DNA of 62,938 bases, the filler included, from Olpidium bornovanus S191 (lineage: Eukaryota; Fungi; Olpidiomycota), in NCBI GenBank assembly GCA_017911155.1. It is 28 parts of 28 records of this genome, joined end to end, with 100 filler letters (N's around TTAATTAATTAA, not from the genome) between each part and the next. Parts side by side here need not be neighbours in the genome. Positions count along the whole stretch, not along the records: positions 24,433 to 26,542 come from JAEFCI010003763.1; positions 26,643 to 28,259 come from JAEFCI010006067.1; positions 28,360 to 30,415 come from JAEFCI010004441.1; positions 30,516 to 33,540 come from JAEFCI010006427.1; positions 33,641 to 35,944 come from JAEFCI010010850.1; 23 more parts are not named here. One strand, written 5' to 3'. The position numbers were made by a program, and so were the translations under genes. Numbering within the stretch: the stretch's first letter is position 1; the number at the start of each line of letters is the position of its first letter. Shown here one piece after another: positions 24,433 through 36,044 of this stretch. Under the pieces are notes generated by a model. That model saw nothing but the letters and a program-made list of their open reading frames with translations, made no database searches and was not told the DNA's origin.

Positions 24433-25820
24433 AGCAGGCGCGCAGACTGCTCACCATAAAATGTATCCGGACATCGCGCCGAAACCGCACACCTTCCAGG
24501 CTTCCAACTCCTCGCGCCGCTTCCCTTCATTCCGCATTGCGCGCTGCATCATGTGCTCGTACGACGCAAAATACACGCCGTAACCCTTTACGGCGGCGGC
24601 AGCAGCAGCAGCAGAGGAAACACACACACACACAGATATACCAAAAAAAAAAAAAAAAAAAAAAGAGGAAAAATATTCAGGCGCTTTTAGAACACGAGGG
24701 GAAGGGCGGGTGGCAAAAACCGATGACCAACCGTCCCCCGCAAAGCGCGCGACACGCAGGCCCCCGGCGCAATTTACCAGGAATTCTCTAAATATGGTGG
24801 GCACTTGACCTTTGTAGACGCCGGCGAGACCGTGAGCAGAGTATATGCGCCGGACTAAATCAAGCGGCCCCTTGTACACGGGGTGGTGGGCTCCTGGAGA
24901 TCCGGTTTGTACTTGGAGGCCTGGGGCGGGCAGCCACTTATGTATTTCATTGCAGCGCGCGTCTTTCGCGCAAAACGGCAGGCACATAACAGGGCAGGAC
25001 TCACGAGTACGGACGTGCTCCACCGGTCCTGAAATAGCAGTTGCCGGCAGGCGAATCGGGGCGGAGGCCGGAAACGGTTGAGGGGTGAGCAACCCCGTAC
25101 ACGTTTCCCCCTTTTTCCTTAGCCCCGCAACCCTGATCGACGTTCCAGATCTAACCTGACACAACCGAGTTCGCCGTCCCGGCGATCGCGCCGGCCAGGA
25201 ACAATTCGCCTTGCGACAAGGTGGGCCGGCCGCCCAGGAACGTGCTCTCGTGATGCTTCGCGCCCATCACCCTCTTCATGTGCTCGAGCGCCACGAACTG
25301 GATCGAGGCGCAGACGCCGACCCCGAGCAGGGGGGTGAGCGTGCCCTGGAGTCACCCGGTCGCGCAAACGACGCCAAATGAGGCGGGAGTATCGCTGACC
25401 AGGCCGACCAATATTTTGGCGCCCTGCACGCGGGAAACCCCTCCAGCGAGGAATTCGCTCGCATTCGCCCTCCGACGCCGTTTGCACGTTTTCGGCGCGG
25501 AAAAGAAGCCCTTACCGACCTTGTAAAGACCAAAGAAGCCCTCATTCTTAATAGTCTTCTTAAGGCAATCAAGCGGCCCGCTGTACAAAGCCGGGGTGCC
25601 CAGCCGAACAGTTGGCTGGCTTTGCAACCGCTAATTGATAAGACAAAACGTTTCAGCATGTGTGACACTTCGTTGCTGTACTCAGCAATGCGCGCTGCGC
25701 GAGAACTCACAACTTTGATCGTGTCGAAGGGCTACAGAGGGAGTGTCAAATAGGCATCTTAGATCATTCCGTATGAAACAGAAGCAGACGCACCTGGCCA
25801 ACAAGCACTTGGAGAATGCC
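24433..25820 (-). CDS. YMC1: Mitochondrial carrier family protein, YMC1/2-like, partial
   Basis: [93 protein letters not shown]. Px[D/E]xx[K/R]x[K/R] signatures; many short introns. Confidence 0.9.
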
Positions 25821-26647
25821 TCCAACTGGCGTCACGGTATCCCGTTGATTCGTCACAGTGCGGTGGCGGAAGGTGTCAGCATGCCAACACCAGCGCCGCG
25901 CCACAGAGGTCGCCCCTTCCGCGGCCTTGCGCGTGCGCCGCGCTTTTCAGACGCGGCGGCTGCTCTGCGTCTTTTCGTACTGTCGGGGCCACGGGCCCTT
26001 CAGCAGGGCGCAGTCCTCATTCCAGCATGTTTGCGGAGAGCGGTTGTGGGGATGGGCCAGGCCGGCGCGGCCTCGAAAACGTTTCCTTAAGCCGTTTCCG
26101 CTTCCCATTACCTGCGCCTCCCCCACAGTCCTTTAGCGTGCGCGTGAACCCGTCGTCGGCCACGACCGCCGGTGTCATCGCGGTGTTCATTGTTCAGATG
26201 AGCAGCGGGAAAGGCGGGCGGGCGGGAACGAGCCGGGGGTGGGCGCGGCTGTGACGAACAACGCAGTCCGGATAAGCCACACCGCACAACGATTCTGGGC
26301 GCCCAGCCCCGGAGCAACGCCGAAGGCTCCGCGCGCCGCCTCGACTCGCTCGACCGGGCACGGCTCGGATCTGCCCGGAGACCTCCGCCCACGCAGAGGA
26401 CAAGATTTGCTTGCAGCGAGCTGCGAGCAGTATTCAATGATCATCGGCAGCCGCGGATTAGGAAACTTATTACCTTAAACGCCCTTTCCTTGTTTTGTAG
26501 TCTTTTACTTGCATTGCTGAGGTCGGGAGATTTCGCTACATGNNNNNNNNNNNNNNNNNNNNNNNNNNNNNNNNNNNNNNNNNNNNTTAATTAATTAANN
26601 NNNNNNNNNNNNNNNNNNNNNNNNNNNNNNNNNNNNNNNNNNCATGA

Positions 26648-26770
26648 TATTTGAAAGCTCCCGAGCAAAAGATTCTCGAATCAAAGTGTTCGAACGAATG
26701 TGGTATTTGCAATGACCAGGGCCAAAATGAGAGAACCAAAGACCGACCCATCATTTCGCCGTGCCAGTGT
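26648..26770 (+). CDS. RING-variant (RING-CH)-like half motif
   Basis: ECGICNDQGQNERTKDRPIISPCQC = C-x2-C-x17-C-x-C with PIISPC. The second half (H-x2-C) was not found. A hydrophobic ORF follows at 26868-27104. Confidence 0.35.
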
Positions 26771-27199
26771 AAGATTAGGGAGACACTCCTGCAAAGTCGA
26801 CCTCAACGGTGAGTGAAGACGTCCGGCTGTCGGGTCAGGCTGGCCGAGTCGGCGTCTCCCAGACATTATGGCTGGTGATGCCGTTCCTGCCGCAGTCCTG
26901 TCCTCCGGGCTCTTGTTCACCAGCTTCCTGGCCACCTTGCACTTTAATTTCATTCTCATGTTTTTCTTGCTCCTCGTTTGCAGCTGTGCTCCACAGATTA
27001 GCCGTCATTGCAACGGTCGGGACACACGGCGGGCACAGAGGTTAGGTAGATTCCAGATTAAGGTTAGGGATGCAGTATACAGCTCACAGTTCCTAATGGC
27101 TTGAGGTTTGGCCTAATCCCCGCCTGTCTTTTTCTTTTTTTTTTTTTTTTTTTTTTTTTGGTTTTTCCCGGCTGTACCGGCCAGTGGCGCCTCACATGT

Positions 27200-27447
27200 G
27201 CGGAGGTTGGTTTGTTTTTCAAGTCGCGTGCAGCATGTCGTCGAGCGGCCGCGGCTTCCTGTTCGGTTTGCGCAGCTCCTCGGGGCTTGAAGCGACGTTC
27301 CGCCAAAACCGTCGGAATGCGGCTGGCGGTGGACGCGGCACGCTCGTTGTGATCCCTCAGCGCCATGTGGTAGTCCTTCGGGTCCACGACGGCCCGCGTT
27401 GACGACATGCAGAGGGAGGGGAAACTTCCCCGTGGATAACTGAACAC
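27200..27447 (-). CDS. Hypothetical exon, divergent from VMA16
   Basis: MSSTRAVVDPKDYHMALRDHNERAASTASRIPTVLAERRFKPR... has a coding-like composition. No family recognised. Confidence 0.3.
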
Positions 27448-27816
27448 GCGGAGATGAGTTTTGCGGTGCCCCCGCGTGTTCAGCCTGATCCAGGAGCTGA
27501 CGTTGCAGAGAAGCCCCGGTTTTCGGCCGAGGAAACGAACCCATAGGTTCTCCTAGGCTGGTACGACGCGCTCCCGGAGCTCTCGCCTGGGAAAGCGGGC
27601 CGGGAGCGCCTGATTTCGGAGGGCGCACAGCGCCTGGAATCCGGCAGTTCCGACGGTCGGCCCCTGCATCTTCCTTTCGGGTTCGCTGCGCGTTTCTGCG
27701 CGCGGTTTTTTTTATTGAAAGAAAAAGAGTCGCGGTAAACCATAAAAAAAAAAAAAAAAAAAAAAACCTTACCTTACTTACCGTACGCGGGGAGAGAGTC
27801 ACTCCTCCTCCGTCAG

Positions 27817-28002
27817 GACGACCGTTTATTACGTCCTGCTTATTGGCCTCTACTTCGCGGCGCTCGCGGGCTTCTACGTCCTCCTGACCGCGCCTTTGGG
27901 AACATTCAACGTCGGGAGGTTTCTGTTCGAGACAAGCCCCTCCATGTGACCCGCCACAGGGGTTGCCTTGACCATCGGACTGTCCGTAATCGGCGCTGCG
28001 TG
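27817..28002 (+). pseudogene. VMA16: V-ATPase proteolipid subunit c'' (VMA16/ATP6V0B) exon with an in-frame TGA
   Basis: FNVGRFLFETSPSM*PATGVALTIGLSVIGAAW| vs the family pattern [28 protein letters not shown]. TGA at 27947-27949 replaces the W; GTATGT donor at 28003. It could be a pseudogene, a sequencing error or a recoded gene. Confidence 0.8.
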
Positions 28003-28493
28003 GTATGTTGCAACGTCCCTTCTCAGTGCTTCTCAGGAAGCGGAAACGAGACGCGCTGTGTCCGGATATGTGAGTGTCCTGTCGGGACCGGTAATGGGTT
28101 CACTGCCAGCTGCTTTCATCCGCAGCTGCCCCGCACGTGCTGTGATGCTTGGGAACGAGCCCGTGTGGCATATCGCAAGGGACGGAGTTGGCGGTGCACC
28201 GAATGAGGAGTCACGGCCGCCACTCTTGCCCCTGCGCGGGCGAAACCATTTCTCCAGCCNNNNNNNNNNNNNNNNNNNNNNNNNNNNNNNNNNNNNNNNN
28301 NNNTTAATTAATTAANNNNNNNNNNNNNNNNNNNNNNNNNNNNNNNNNNNNNNNNNNNNCATGCTCGGCCAAGCCGGTGCCGTCGGTGCGCCAATAGAGG
28401 TGAGAGAATCTATGTTTGTAAATTGGTCTTCTTTGGGACGTGGCGTCCGTCGCCGCGATTTTTTAGTCCAACTCGACATTGAAACAGGCTCAG

Positions 28494-28535
28494 GAGGCGG
28501 CGAAACAGGAGGCGGCGAAACAGGAGGCGGAACCG
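28494..28535. repeat. 15-bp tandem repeat (aggaggcggcgaaac), about 2.7 copies
   Basis: Read directly; would encode PPPVS repeats on the minus strand. Confidence 0.8.
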
Positions 28536-29971
28536 GAACTAGAAGAGATGCAGGCTAGGTACGGCGTTTTTACGCCTCCTGAACTTCTGCCCGGTTCTCC
28601 GAAAGTGCGGCGGCTCACGCTGGCTAATTTGATTGGTGCACTAGATTATCAGCTCTCCGATCTTGAAATTACACCAATTTTATGGTGGTCATCTTAACTC
28701 GTTGGGTACACGCATTTGTCGTTTTCGTTTGGTCGCCGGGACTCCCGTATTTCCGGGCTGGAAGTCGTCAAACGTTTTGGATTTAAAGATATTGCCCGCG
28801 GCAGCGCTGAAAGCGGGAATGGCGCCGTAATCAGCTGCTGTACAGGTCACACAGAGAAAAGGGGGGGGGGGGCGGGCCGGCGTTCGAGAAATCATCGAAC
28901 TGACGTTACAGGCGTGAAACCTTGGAACACGGGGAAGCTCGTATGCTGCAGCATTGTGTGTGCGTGGCGCAAGAAGATCGAAATAATTGCTACGGAGAGC
29001 ACACGTTGCCGCGATAACCGCTGGCCGGGGACGCGTTTTCCCGCTCCCTTCGCGGCCTTGTTTACCCGGGCGTGATGATGTCTCACCAGGCTGTGGACCG
29101 CGACTATCGACCAACCGTGGGTCGTTTGGCGGCAAGCGAGACCGGTTTCGGCTGTAATGCAGGCAAACTAACTTGGCCCCGTTCTCGACGACACGTTTGC
29201 CGACCGACGGGCAGTCGCTTTCCGCCCGTGGAAATTCGGCTCTGCGGAAACCAGATGCTAGATCATGTTCTGTAACAGGAGGGTGAGAGAGACCGACTTC
29301 CTCTTCGTTTTCCCCCGTTTCCGGTTTTTTTTTTTTGATTCGGTTTGAGAATCCGCGGGAGTAGTTGCCGTCTGAAAGTTGGGGACCGCCGCGCGAATAT
29401 GTCGGGGAGATCGACCGATCTGAAACGCTGCCGGAACATCCCGAATTGACCGCGTCGCCCTACCCGTTGCCCCAGTGCACAGTACGCTCAATTTATGTAT
29501 TTGCATGGCGACATAGAGATGCATCTGACCTTCGTTGCGTGGGCGACGGCGGGACTCAAAACTTCTTGATAGCCAGACCACATCCCACGGTCAGGTGACC
29601 AAAACTGGCCTTGAAACTTGGCCGTCTGCCTGGCCGCAGACACTCTTTTTTTTTCCCTTTGCAAACTTATCGCCGAAAAATCATAGATTACGTAAGTGAA
29701 TCACTGGCGGGACGACGCGTTACGAAGGGGAAAAAGGGGGAAAAGCGTGGGAGCAATCTGGGCTTGTGGGAGAGGAAGGGCAAATATGCAGGGTGGGGGG
29801 AAAAAGCGGCAAAGGTGGTGGCACGAAAAAGACTCCAGGGGACCCGGGCGTCCTTGCCTCAAAAACAATTGCACGCTCCGCGGGCCGGGGGTCTGGCCAT
29901 CAAGGTGTGGTCCCGAATTACCAGCCCCGAAAAAAAGAACAATTTTTACGATCGAAACGAGTGGGCGAGTC

Positions 29972-30225
29972 CAGAAGGCGTGTACTTTACTTACGGGATC
30001 GGCTACTATAACATCAGCCGCCACGGTCGAAGGGGCACTTGCTGGGAGGTTCGATATCAGCCGTGTGATGAAGTTGTATCCTTACGAACAACTCGGCAAG
30101 GCTGGCTTTTGATTACCCGCGCTCGCAAAAGCACAGCGTGCGCCAGCGCAGCCCCTGTTGCCCTGCCGGAAATTCCTCGGAAATGTCCTTCAATTGAAGT
30201 TCCGTTCGTTGTTGTTCAATTGCCG
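29972..30225 (-). CDS. Hypothetical two-exon fragment
   Basis: QVNPAAIEQQRTELQLKDISEEFPAGQQGLRWRTLCFCER, then a ~36-nt GT-AG gap, then GYNFITRLISNLPASAPSTVAADVIVADP|GTAAGT. No family recognised. Confidence 0.25.
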
Positions 30226-30323
30226 CCGGGTTCACTTGCGCTTGGCCCGCAGCAAGGGAAGTGCGGGTGGCGCGCGCCACACAAAACAAACGCCGTCCCG
30301 CGCCCGCCCCCCCCCCCCCAACA

Positions 30324-30408
<85 letters not shown>

Positions 30409-30545
30409 GCGGGGCNNNNNNNNNNNNNNNNNNNNNNNNNNNNNNNNNNNNNNNNNNNNTTAATTAATTAANNNNNNNNNNNNNNNNNNNNNNNNNNNNN
30501 NNNNNNNNNNNNNNNCATGGATATATCTTTCCTAACGCCCGACTC

Positions 30546-32102
30546 CTTACCATCAATACAGTCGACCTGCGCATCTCGCAAACGGAAGTCAACGGGTTAC
30601 ATTTCGTTTAAGTATACCTAGCCCTGCGCGCCTTTGGTCTAACAAATACCTCTGATTGATTGAGAATTAAACGATGAACCAGAAGCCGGGGAAAGAACGG
30701 ACGGTAGATATCACTCAGGGCGCGTCGGAAACGGAGAAACACATTATTCTGCCGCCGCGCGGACTTCTTGCGCCATCGAGCTCGCTCACCGGCGCCCATT
30801 ATGATGGAATTACGACCCAGCTTGCTCCTGAACACGACGCAGTGTTGAACGTTGGTGTTCACCGGCGCATCCCTCGACCTCTGTATGTCTTGCGGAGTTA
30901 CCTCGTGTGGCGCCTTTGGCGACGTGCAATACGACTCGAACTTGTAGCCTGCCGGAACGGTTAATGTCCGCGGTCCAATGTCAGCCTTGGATCACGCCTG
31001 CGCCACGACGTCCTCCCGACCTATCAGAGTGCATGTGTTGAGGCTGGGCCCACCCGCTTTCCCCTTTCTTTTCGAACCGGTCTCTCGTATTCCGGCTGAC
31101 CACTCTCTGCTTCCCCTCAAGCCGCGTGTTCTTCCGCCCTCTCACCTTCTCGACCATCACACCAAATACCAACGCACCCCAGTAACACATGAGCCTGTGC
31201 TTCGCCGTCTCGCCATGTTTTCTCTTGCGAGTTTCTTCCAACTCGTGCTCCTCCAGGAAGATTGTTCCCCTGAACCTTGTCGCGCGCAACTCCAGGGGAT
31301 CTTTGGTATACGGCGCCGTCATAATCTTGGTCATGATTCCCCGATAGCAGACAAAATCCGCTTTGGCTTCTCCGGGACCTTTCCTATGCTCCAGCTCTAT
31401 AAGAGCATCTAGGAGACCATCAATGTGCTCGTCCACCTCGGCGCGGGTCACGTAGGTGTCGTATCCCGCGGAGAGGTCACACACCTCGCGGGGCAGGTTG
31501 GGAGGGTGAAAATACTTCATCTCCGAGTCGCCCGCTACAAACCTCCGTGAGCTGTCGTAACTGAAGGTCGTTACCTCGCGCGGCCGCTGGTACCGCGCGC
31601 AGGGCCGCCGAAAACGGTCAATGGGCACGATGGGAAACAGCGCAGTCGCGGCACGGGAAGCGCCTCCGTCGCGCGACGGCCGGGAGTGCCGCCGTCTGTG
31701 ACAGCCCGGGTCGGAGCGGTAGTCCTGCAGAAACGGTTCCCTGCAGGTCGGCGGCGGCGGTGACGACGAGTTGCTGGGCAACGAATCCAGCAGCGGGGTA
31801 GGAATCGTCGCACGGTCGAGCGGCACGCGTTCCGCCGGCGCATCCTGGGGCGGGCCGCCTCCTTCGGCGACGCCTTGTTCCTCCCGCTGTTCCCTCTCGC
31901 CGCCTGCGGGCAGGTCGGGCGTGCATGCCGTGACAGCGCCGGCGTCGTCTTCCCGCGTCTGTCCTTCTCCAGCACGGGACCTTTCGGCACCCAGCACCAC
32001 CGCTCTCCGTCCGCAGTCCCCGCTCTCCACGCCTTCCGGCAGTCTCGGTTCGCAGCGAGCCGCGCCTGGCGTCGGCGGCGGGTCGTCGCCTCTCGCGTCC
32101 AT
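30546..32102 (-). CDS. RAI1: Rai1/DXO decapping exoribonuclease family, 3' partial; start uncertain
   Basis: YQRPREVTTFSYD, EHIDGLLDAL, ADFVCYRGIMTKIMTAPY, RFRGTIFLEE, MCYW|GYKFESYC, VNTNVQHCVVFRSKLG..IIMGA..VDC. Confidence 0.92.
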
Positions 32103-33307
32103 CTGGCGGCTGCGGGGCAGGCGCCTTTCCTGCACGCAACCTCGAAGGCTCAGAAAACCCCGCCCCGGTCACGTGCCAAATCTCTGGGGCCGGGCATTCT
32201 GAGATCCCGCGCGAACGTCACAGCACGGCGAACGTTTCCAATCAGGTTAGATCGCGCACCCCATGTCAAACTAATGCGGTTAATTGGCGTTGCCGCCGGT
32301 TCCGAAGTCCGATGTCGATCGCGGATGACATCTTGGTAGAACCAGCTACCAGTACACCCGTTTTTTGTATTACCGGTGGTTTATAGACGGACCGGTTACG
32401 TCGGTCCTTTCCGAACAGCTCGGTGTAATTGTCGGCTGTGACATTTTCCGGGCAATGCGAACATTCCCCGCAACTTTATGACTTCCAATTTGTTTCTGAG
32501 ATCGGTCAAAGATTGGGTTTTTCTGCGGCCGGGGTTTACTAGTTAGAACGCTCCCGAACTAGCGCCCTTCGCCTTCTCCGCTGCCGTGATCGACTGGAGA
32601 TTTCAACCAGTTCTGCCTGTGTGCATTATTCGCGAATGGGAAACGAATCAAATAAAAAAAATGCGCACCATGCATGTCGTCTAGTTTTTTGGGGTTCAAG
32701 GCAAGACGAAATAAGATGAGGAAGAACGGTAAAATCGCGGTGCCCGATGCGGCGGGCAAGGACAGAACAAGAAAGAGCACGAGCACACTAGCGAACAGAG
32801 AGGAGATCTGTGCTCAAAATAATAGGAGCACGCAACGGGAAGAGCCGTGATATGTCAATGTCAAAGAATGAAGACCGAGAGAGAGAGAGAGCGAGAGAGA
32901 ACGAGAGAGGGGCAAGACGTTTCTCTGCTCTCTCTATCTTTCTCTTTCTCTCTCGCGGCACGCGGGAGGGCGCGGAGCGAGGTGTCTCTGTCTGGCTGCC
33001 GAGGAAAGGCCGCCAGCGCCGCCGATTCCTCCCTTTTTCCTCCGGTCTTCCCGCTTTTCCTGTTGGAAAAAAAGGGGACCGGACGTAGCCGGTGGCGCAG
33101 GCTCCTGCGGGAATCATCCCTCCTTTCTTCCCGCTGTAAATCCCGCACGCCGACGCCATACAAAACAAACCAAAAGCTTGTAGAAACTCTACAGCGTTCC
33201 GAACCGCGCGGTGCAGCCTCCGCCGCCCGCCGTCCGCCGTCTCCGCCCTCCATTGTGCACTCGTCTTCCCTCTTTGTCTCCTTTGGTTCACGTCCGTCGT
33301 TCAGGTT

Positions 33308-33540
33308 ATGAGCCCAACCCGCGACTCCCGCAACTCCGAAGAAGAGAACTACCGCCTCCTCTCCGTCCGAAGCAGAACCACGGAAAGGAGAAAAGCAACC
33401 ATGGAAGGAAGAGCGGGCAAAAGCACGACGCCACCATACACCCCTCTAGGCGTACAACGCATGCGGAGCACGACTGCGTCCACGACCTCAAGGCGGTCAA
33501 GGACAGTCAAGGACTCCGTGAAGGCGCTCAGGGAACGTCA
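33308..33540 (+). CDS. Hypothetical protein, 5' fragment
   Basis: ATG-initiated S/T/R-rich frame open to the contig end. No family recognised. Confidence 0.35.
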
Positions 33541-33779
33541 NNNNNNNNNNNNNNNNNNNNNNNNNNNNNNNNNNNNNNNNNNNNTTAATTAATTAANNNN
33601 NNNNNNNNNNNNNNNNNNNNNNNNNNNNNNNNNNNNNNNNATTGAATGCCAAAGGACCGTTTCAAAAACGATGGTACGCCGTACCTGACACGCCGGAGGG
33701 CTTCCAGCACCTTATCACTGTAAAACGATTTTAACAGGCCCAGCTGAATCGTCCTTTCATGAGCGGGGAAGGGCACAGA

Positions 33780-35169
33780 GACTGGCTAGGCGACTGCGAC
33801 TTTCATCCGCGGTATGCGAAAGGCTGCCGTTGACTCAGGACATCCAAATCTCAGTGTGCCGTTTGACCACTGAGCGAACGGTCAACTGACAGGATGCGCT
33901 GCCTCCGGCATTATTCAGCGGCACGCATTTGGCCACCGCCTCCGGGGACGGCACTGTCAAAGTGTGGGATTTTAGCAAAGGAGTGTGCACCATTACCCTC
34001 TCGGACCACACGCTGGCGGTGTGGAGCTGCGCGTTCCACGATCAAGGAGAGTTCCTGGTATCCGGGAGCATGGACCACACGTCCAAGATTTGGGATCTGA
34101 ACACGTAAGAGGGTGGCCGACATATCATGCACTGGTTTCCTCACTCCGGCGTGGGTTGTCGAAGGCATGATCCGCAGTGTTTCCGTTGACATGTTTTTTA
34201 GTTGTTTTATCACATTGTTTTTTGTTTTTTTTTTATTTTCTGTTTTATCTTTTTGTTTGTGGTTTTGCTTTTTGTTTAATTTTTTTTTGTTTTTTGTTTT
34301 GTTTTTTGTTTAATTTTTTTTTGTTTTTTGTTTTGTTTTTTGTTTTTTGTTCAATTGTTTCGGTTTTTGTTTTATCTTTTAATTAAAAAATTTGTTTTAT
34401 TTGCTTGTTTTTTGGTTTTTGTTTTAATTTCTCCTTGTTTAAATTTTGGTTTTTTGTTTTATTTATTTTTGCTTTGTTGATTTTTGTTTCCGGGAATGGG
34501 GCGGGATACAGCGGAAGAAGCCGGCAAACGTTCCACGGCCACACAGACTCTGTGAATCATGTGTCGTGGATGCCGTACACGAACGTCGTCGTCACCGCGG
34601 CGTGCGACAAGACGGTCTGCCTGTGGGATGGCAGGACGGGGACCTGCACGCAGACTCTGTACGGCCACGGAAACGCCGTGAATTGCGCCGTCTTCTCCCT
34701 GCAGGTGCGCAATAAAAGAGCGGATAACGGATAAGAGAGAGGGGGCGGAGCGATCCCGTTTCTGCAGGCTAACGCATCACCTTTGCCTTGTGACCCTTCG
34801 GCGGTATCCGACACCTCCCTCGTCCGAAGAATCCTCTAGGCTGACAAGCTGGCGACCTGCGACGCCTCGGGATTCCTCAAGCTCTGGGACGTCCGCAACC
34901 TCTACGCCGAGCTGGACATGGTGGACTTGGGGCCACACCCTTCCAACCGGCTGTGCTTCGACCCGTCTGGAACCATCACGGCCGTCGCATCAAACGAGGG
35001 GGCTGTCAAGCTCTGGAACGCGCACGAGCGCTTTCGACCCGGGCGGGATGTGGTCAACCCATCGCTCGCGGGTTCGGCACCCAACCCGGTCCAGGCCGTA
35101 GCTTTCGACAAGACGGCGGAGCACCTGGTCGCGGGCGGAGCGGACGGGGGCATCAACATCTTCTCGTAA
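33780..35169 (+). CDS. SPAG16: WD40 axonemal central-apparatus protein SPAG16/PF20, 5' partial
   Basis: DWLGDCDFHP|.GTHLATASGDGTVKVWDF..HTLAVWSCAFH..SMDHTSKIWDLN|..GHTDSVN..DKTVCLWDGRTGTCTQTLYGHGNAVN|..CDASGFLKLWDVR..DLGPHPSNRLCFDPSG, collinear with the SPAG16 C-terminal WD repeats. TAA at 35167-35169. Confidence 0.92.
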
Positions 35170-35299
35170 ACTGTGCGCGATTATAACTATGAGAGTCGGC
35201 GGCGTGGATTTTTTGACGGCACATGAGGGTAGCTTTGCGGCTGCACGACGGAGAACTAGAAACGCTTTTTTTCTGCGGCCAGCTGAGGCTCGTTAAAAT

Positions 35300-35545
35300 A
35301 TCTGTCCCGCCGGCCCATTGACCACGTTTAGTAACACCTGCGGAGGGGACAACGGGCATCTCATAGTGGTTTATGCTGTAGGTGGTGTCGAGCTCGACGA
35401 CATTAGCGAAGTCGCGGTATGACCGCACAGCGGACTACGCTGCACCAAAACACCGTCCGCGGGTGATTATCAGCATCAACAAGTAAACGTCGGGACCGCT
35501 GCCCTCGGCTTTCTTCAGGCAGGCAAAGCAGCTCAGTCGCGCCCA
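35300..35545 (-). mobile_element. Mutator-like (MULE/FAR1-type) transposase remnant, frameshifted
   Basis: VDADNHPRTVFW, then in another frame YRDFANVVELDTTYSINHYEMPVVPSAGVTKRGQ, vs the MULE consensus NVFW..Y..FGDVV.FDTTYxTNxYxMP...GVNHHGQ. Confidence 0.75.
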
Positions 35546-36044
35546 TCGCTCCAATTTTCGGCTGCAGCTTCACGCTTCACGCCATTCGAAACCGGAAAGG
35601 TTTAAAAATGTCCCGCTCTATAAAGCCAACGTGCGCGACGGCGAATTTCATAGCTGCCGCAATTGCCGCTGGCAGATGCCGGACCTTTCACCCCAGACAA
35701 GGAAGGACGGAACGAAGGCGGAGGAGGAGGGGGGGCACACAGAACGCCCAACCACACACATAAAACAGCTAATTCCAATTTGGTCCCAAAAGTGGAATCC
35801 ACAAGAATTTTGACGGGATCGGCGACACGCTTCGGCAACGACCGGTTCAAAAGCGAGATTCCCCCGCGCAGGACGACCGCGGGCTGGCGGCTGAGCTTAG
35901 GAGTCGGCTACAATAAGACGCCAAACGTCTAGTCGAGGACATGANNNNNNNNNNNNNNNNNNNNNNNNNNNNNNNNNNNNNNNNNNNNTTAATTAATTAA
36001 NNNNNNNNNNNNNNNNNNNNNNNNNNNNNNNNNNNNNNNNNNNN

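Noticed and set aside
27947-27949. Genome-wide TGA=Trp reassignment
   Set aside because: Trp is TGG at conserved sites in PAK, FAH, DNA2, TBCE and RAI1, and TGA sits at plausible gene ends (MET14 8328-8330, DNA2 52487-52489).
29918-29945. KIVLFFGAGNSG as a Rossmann GxGxxG motif
   Set aside because: It lies just after a strong GTAAGT donor, so is probably intronic, and nothing else supports a dehydrogenase fold.
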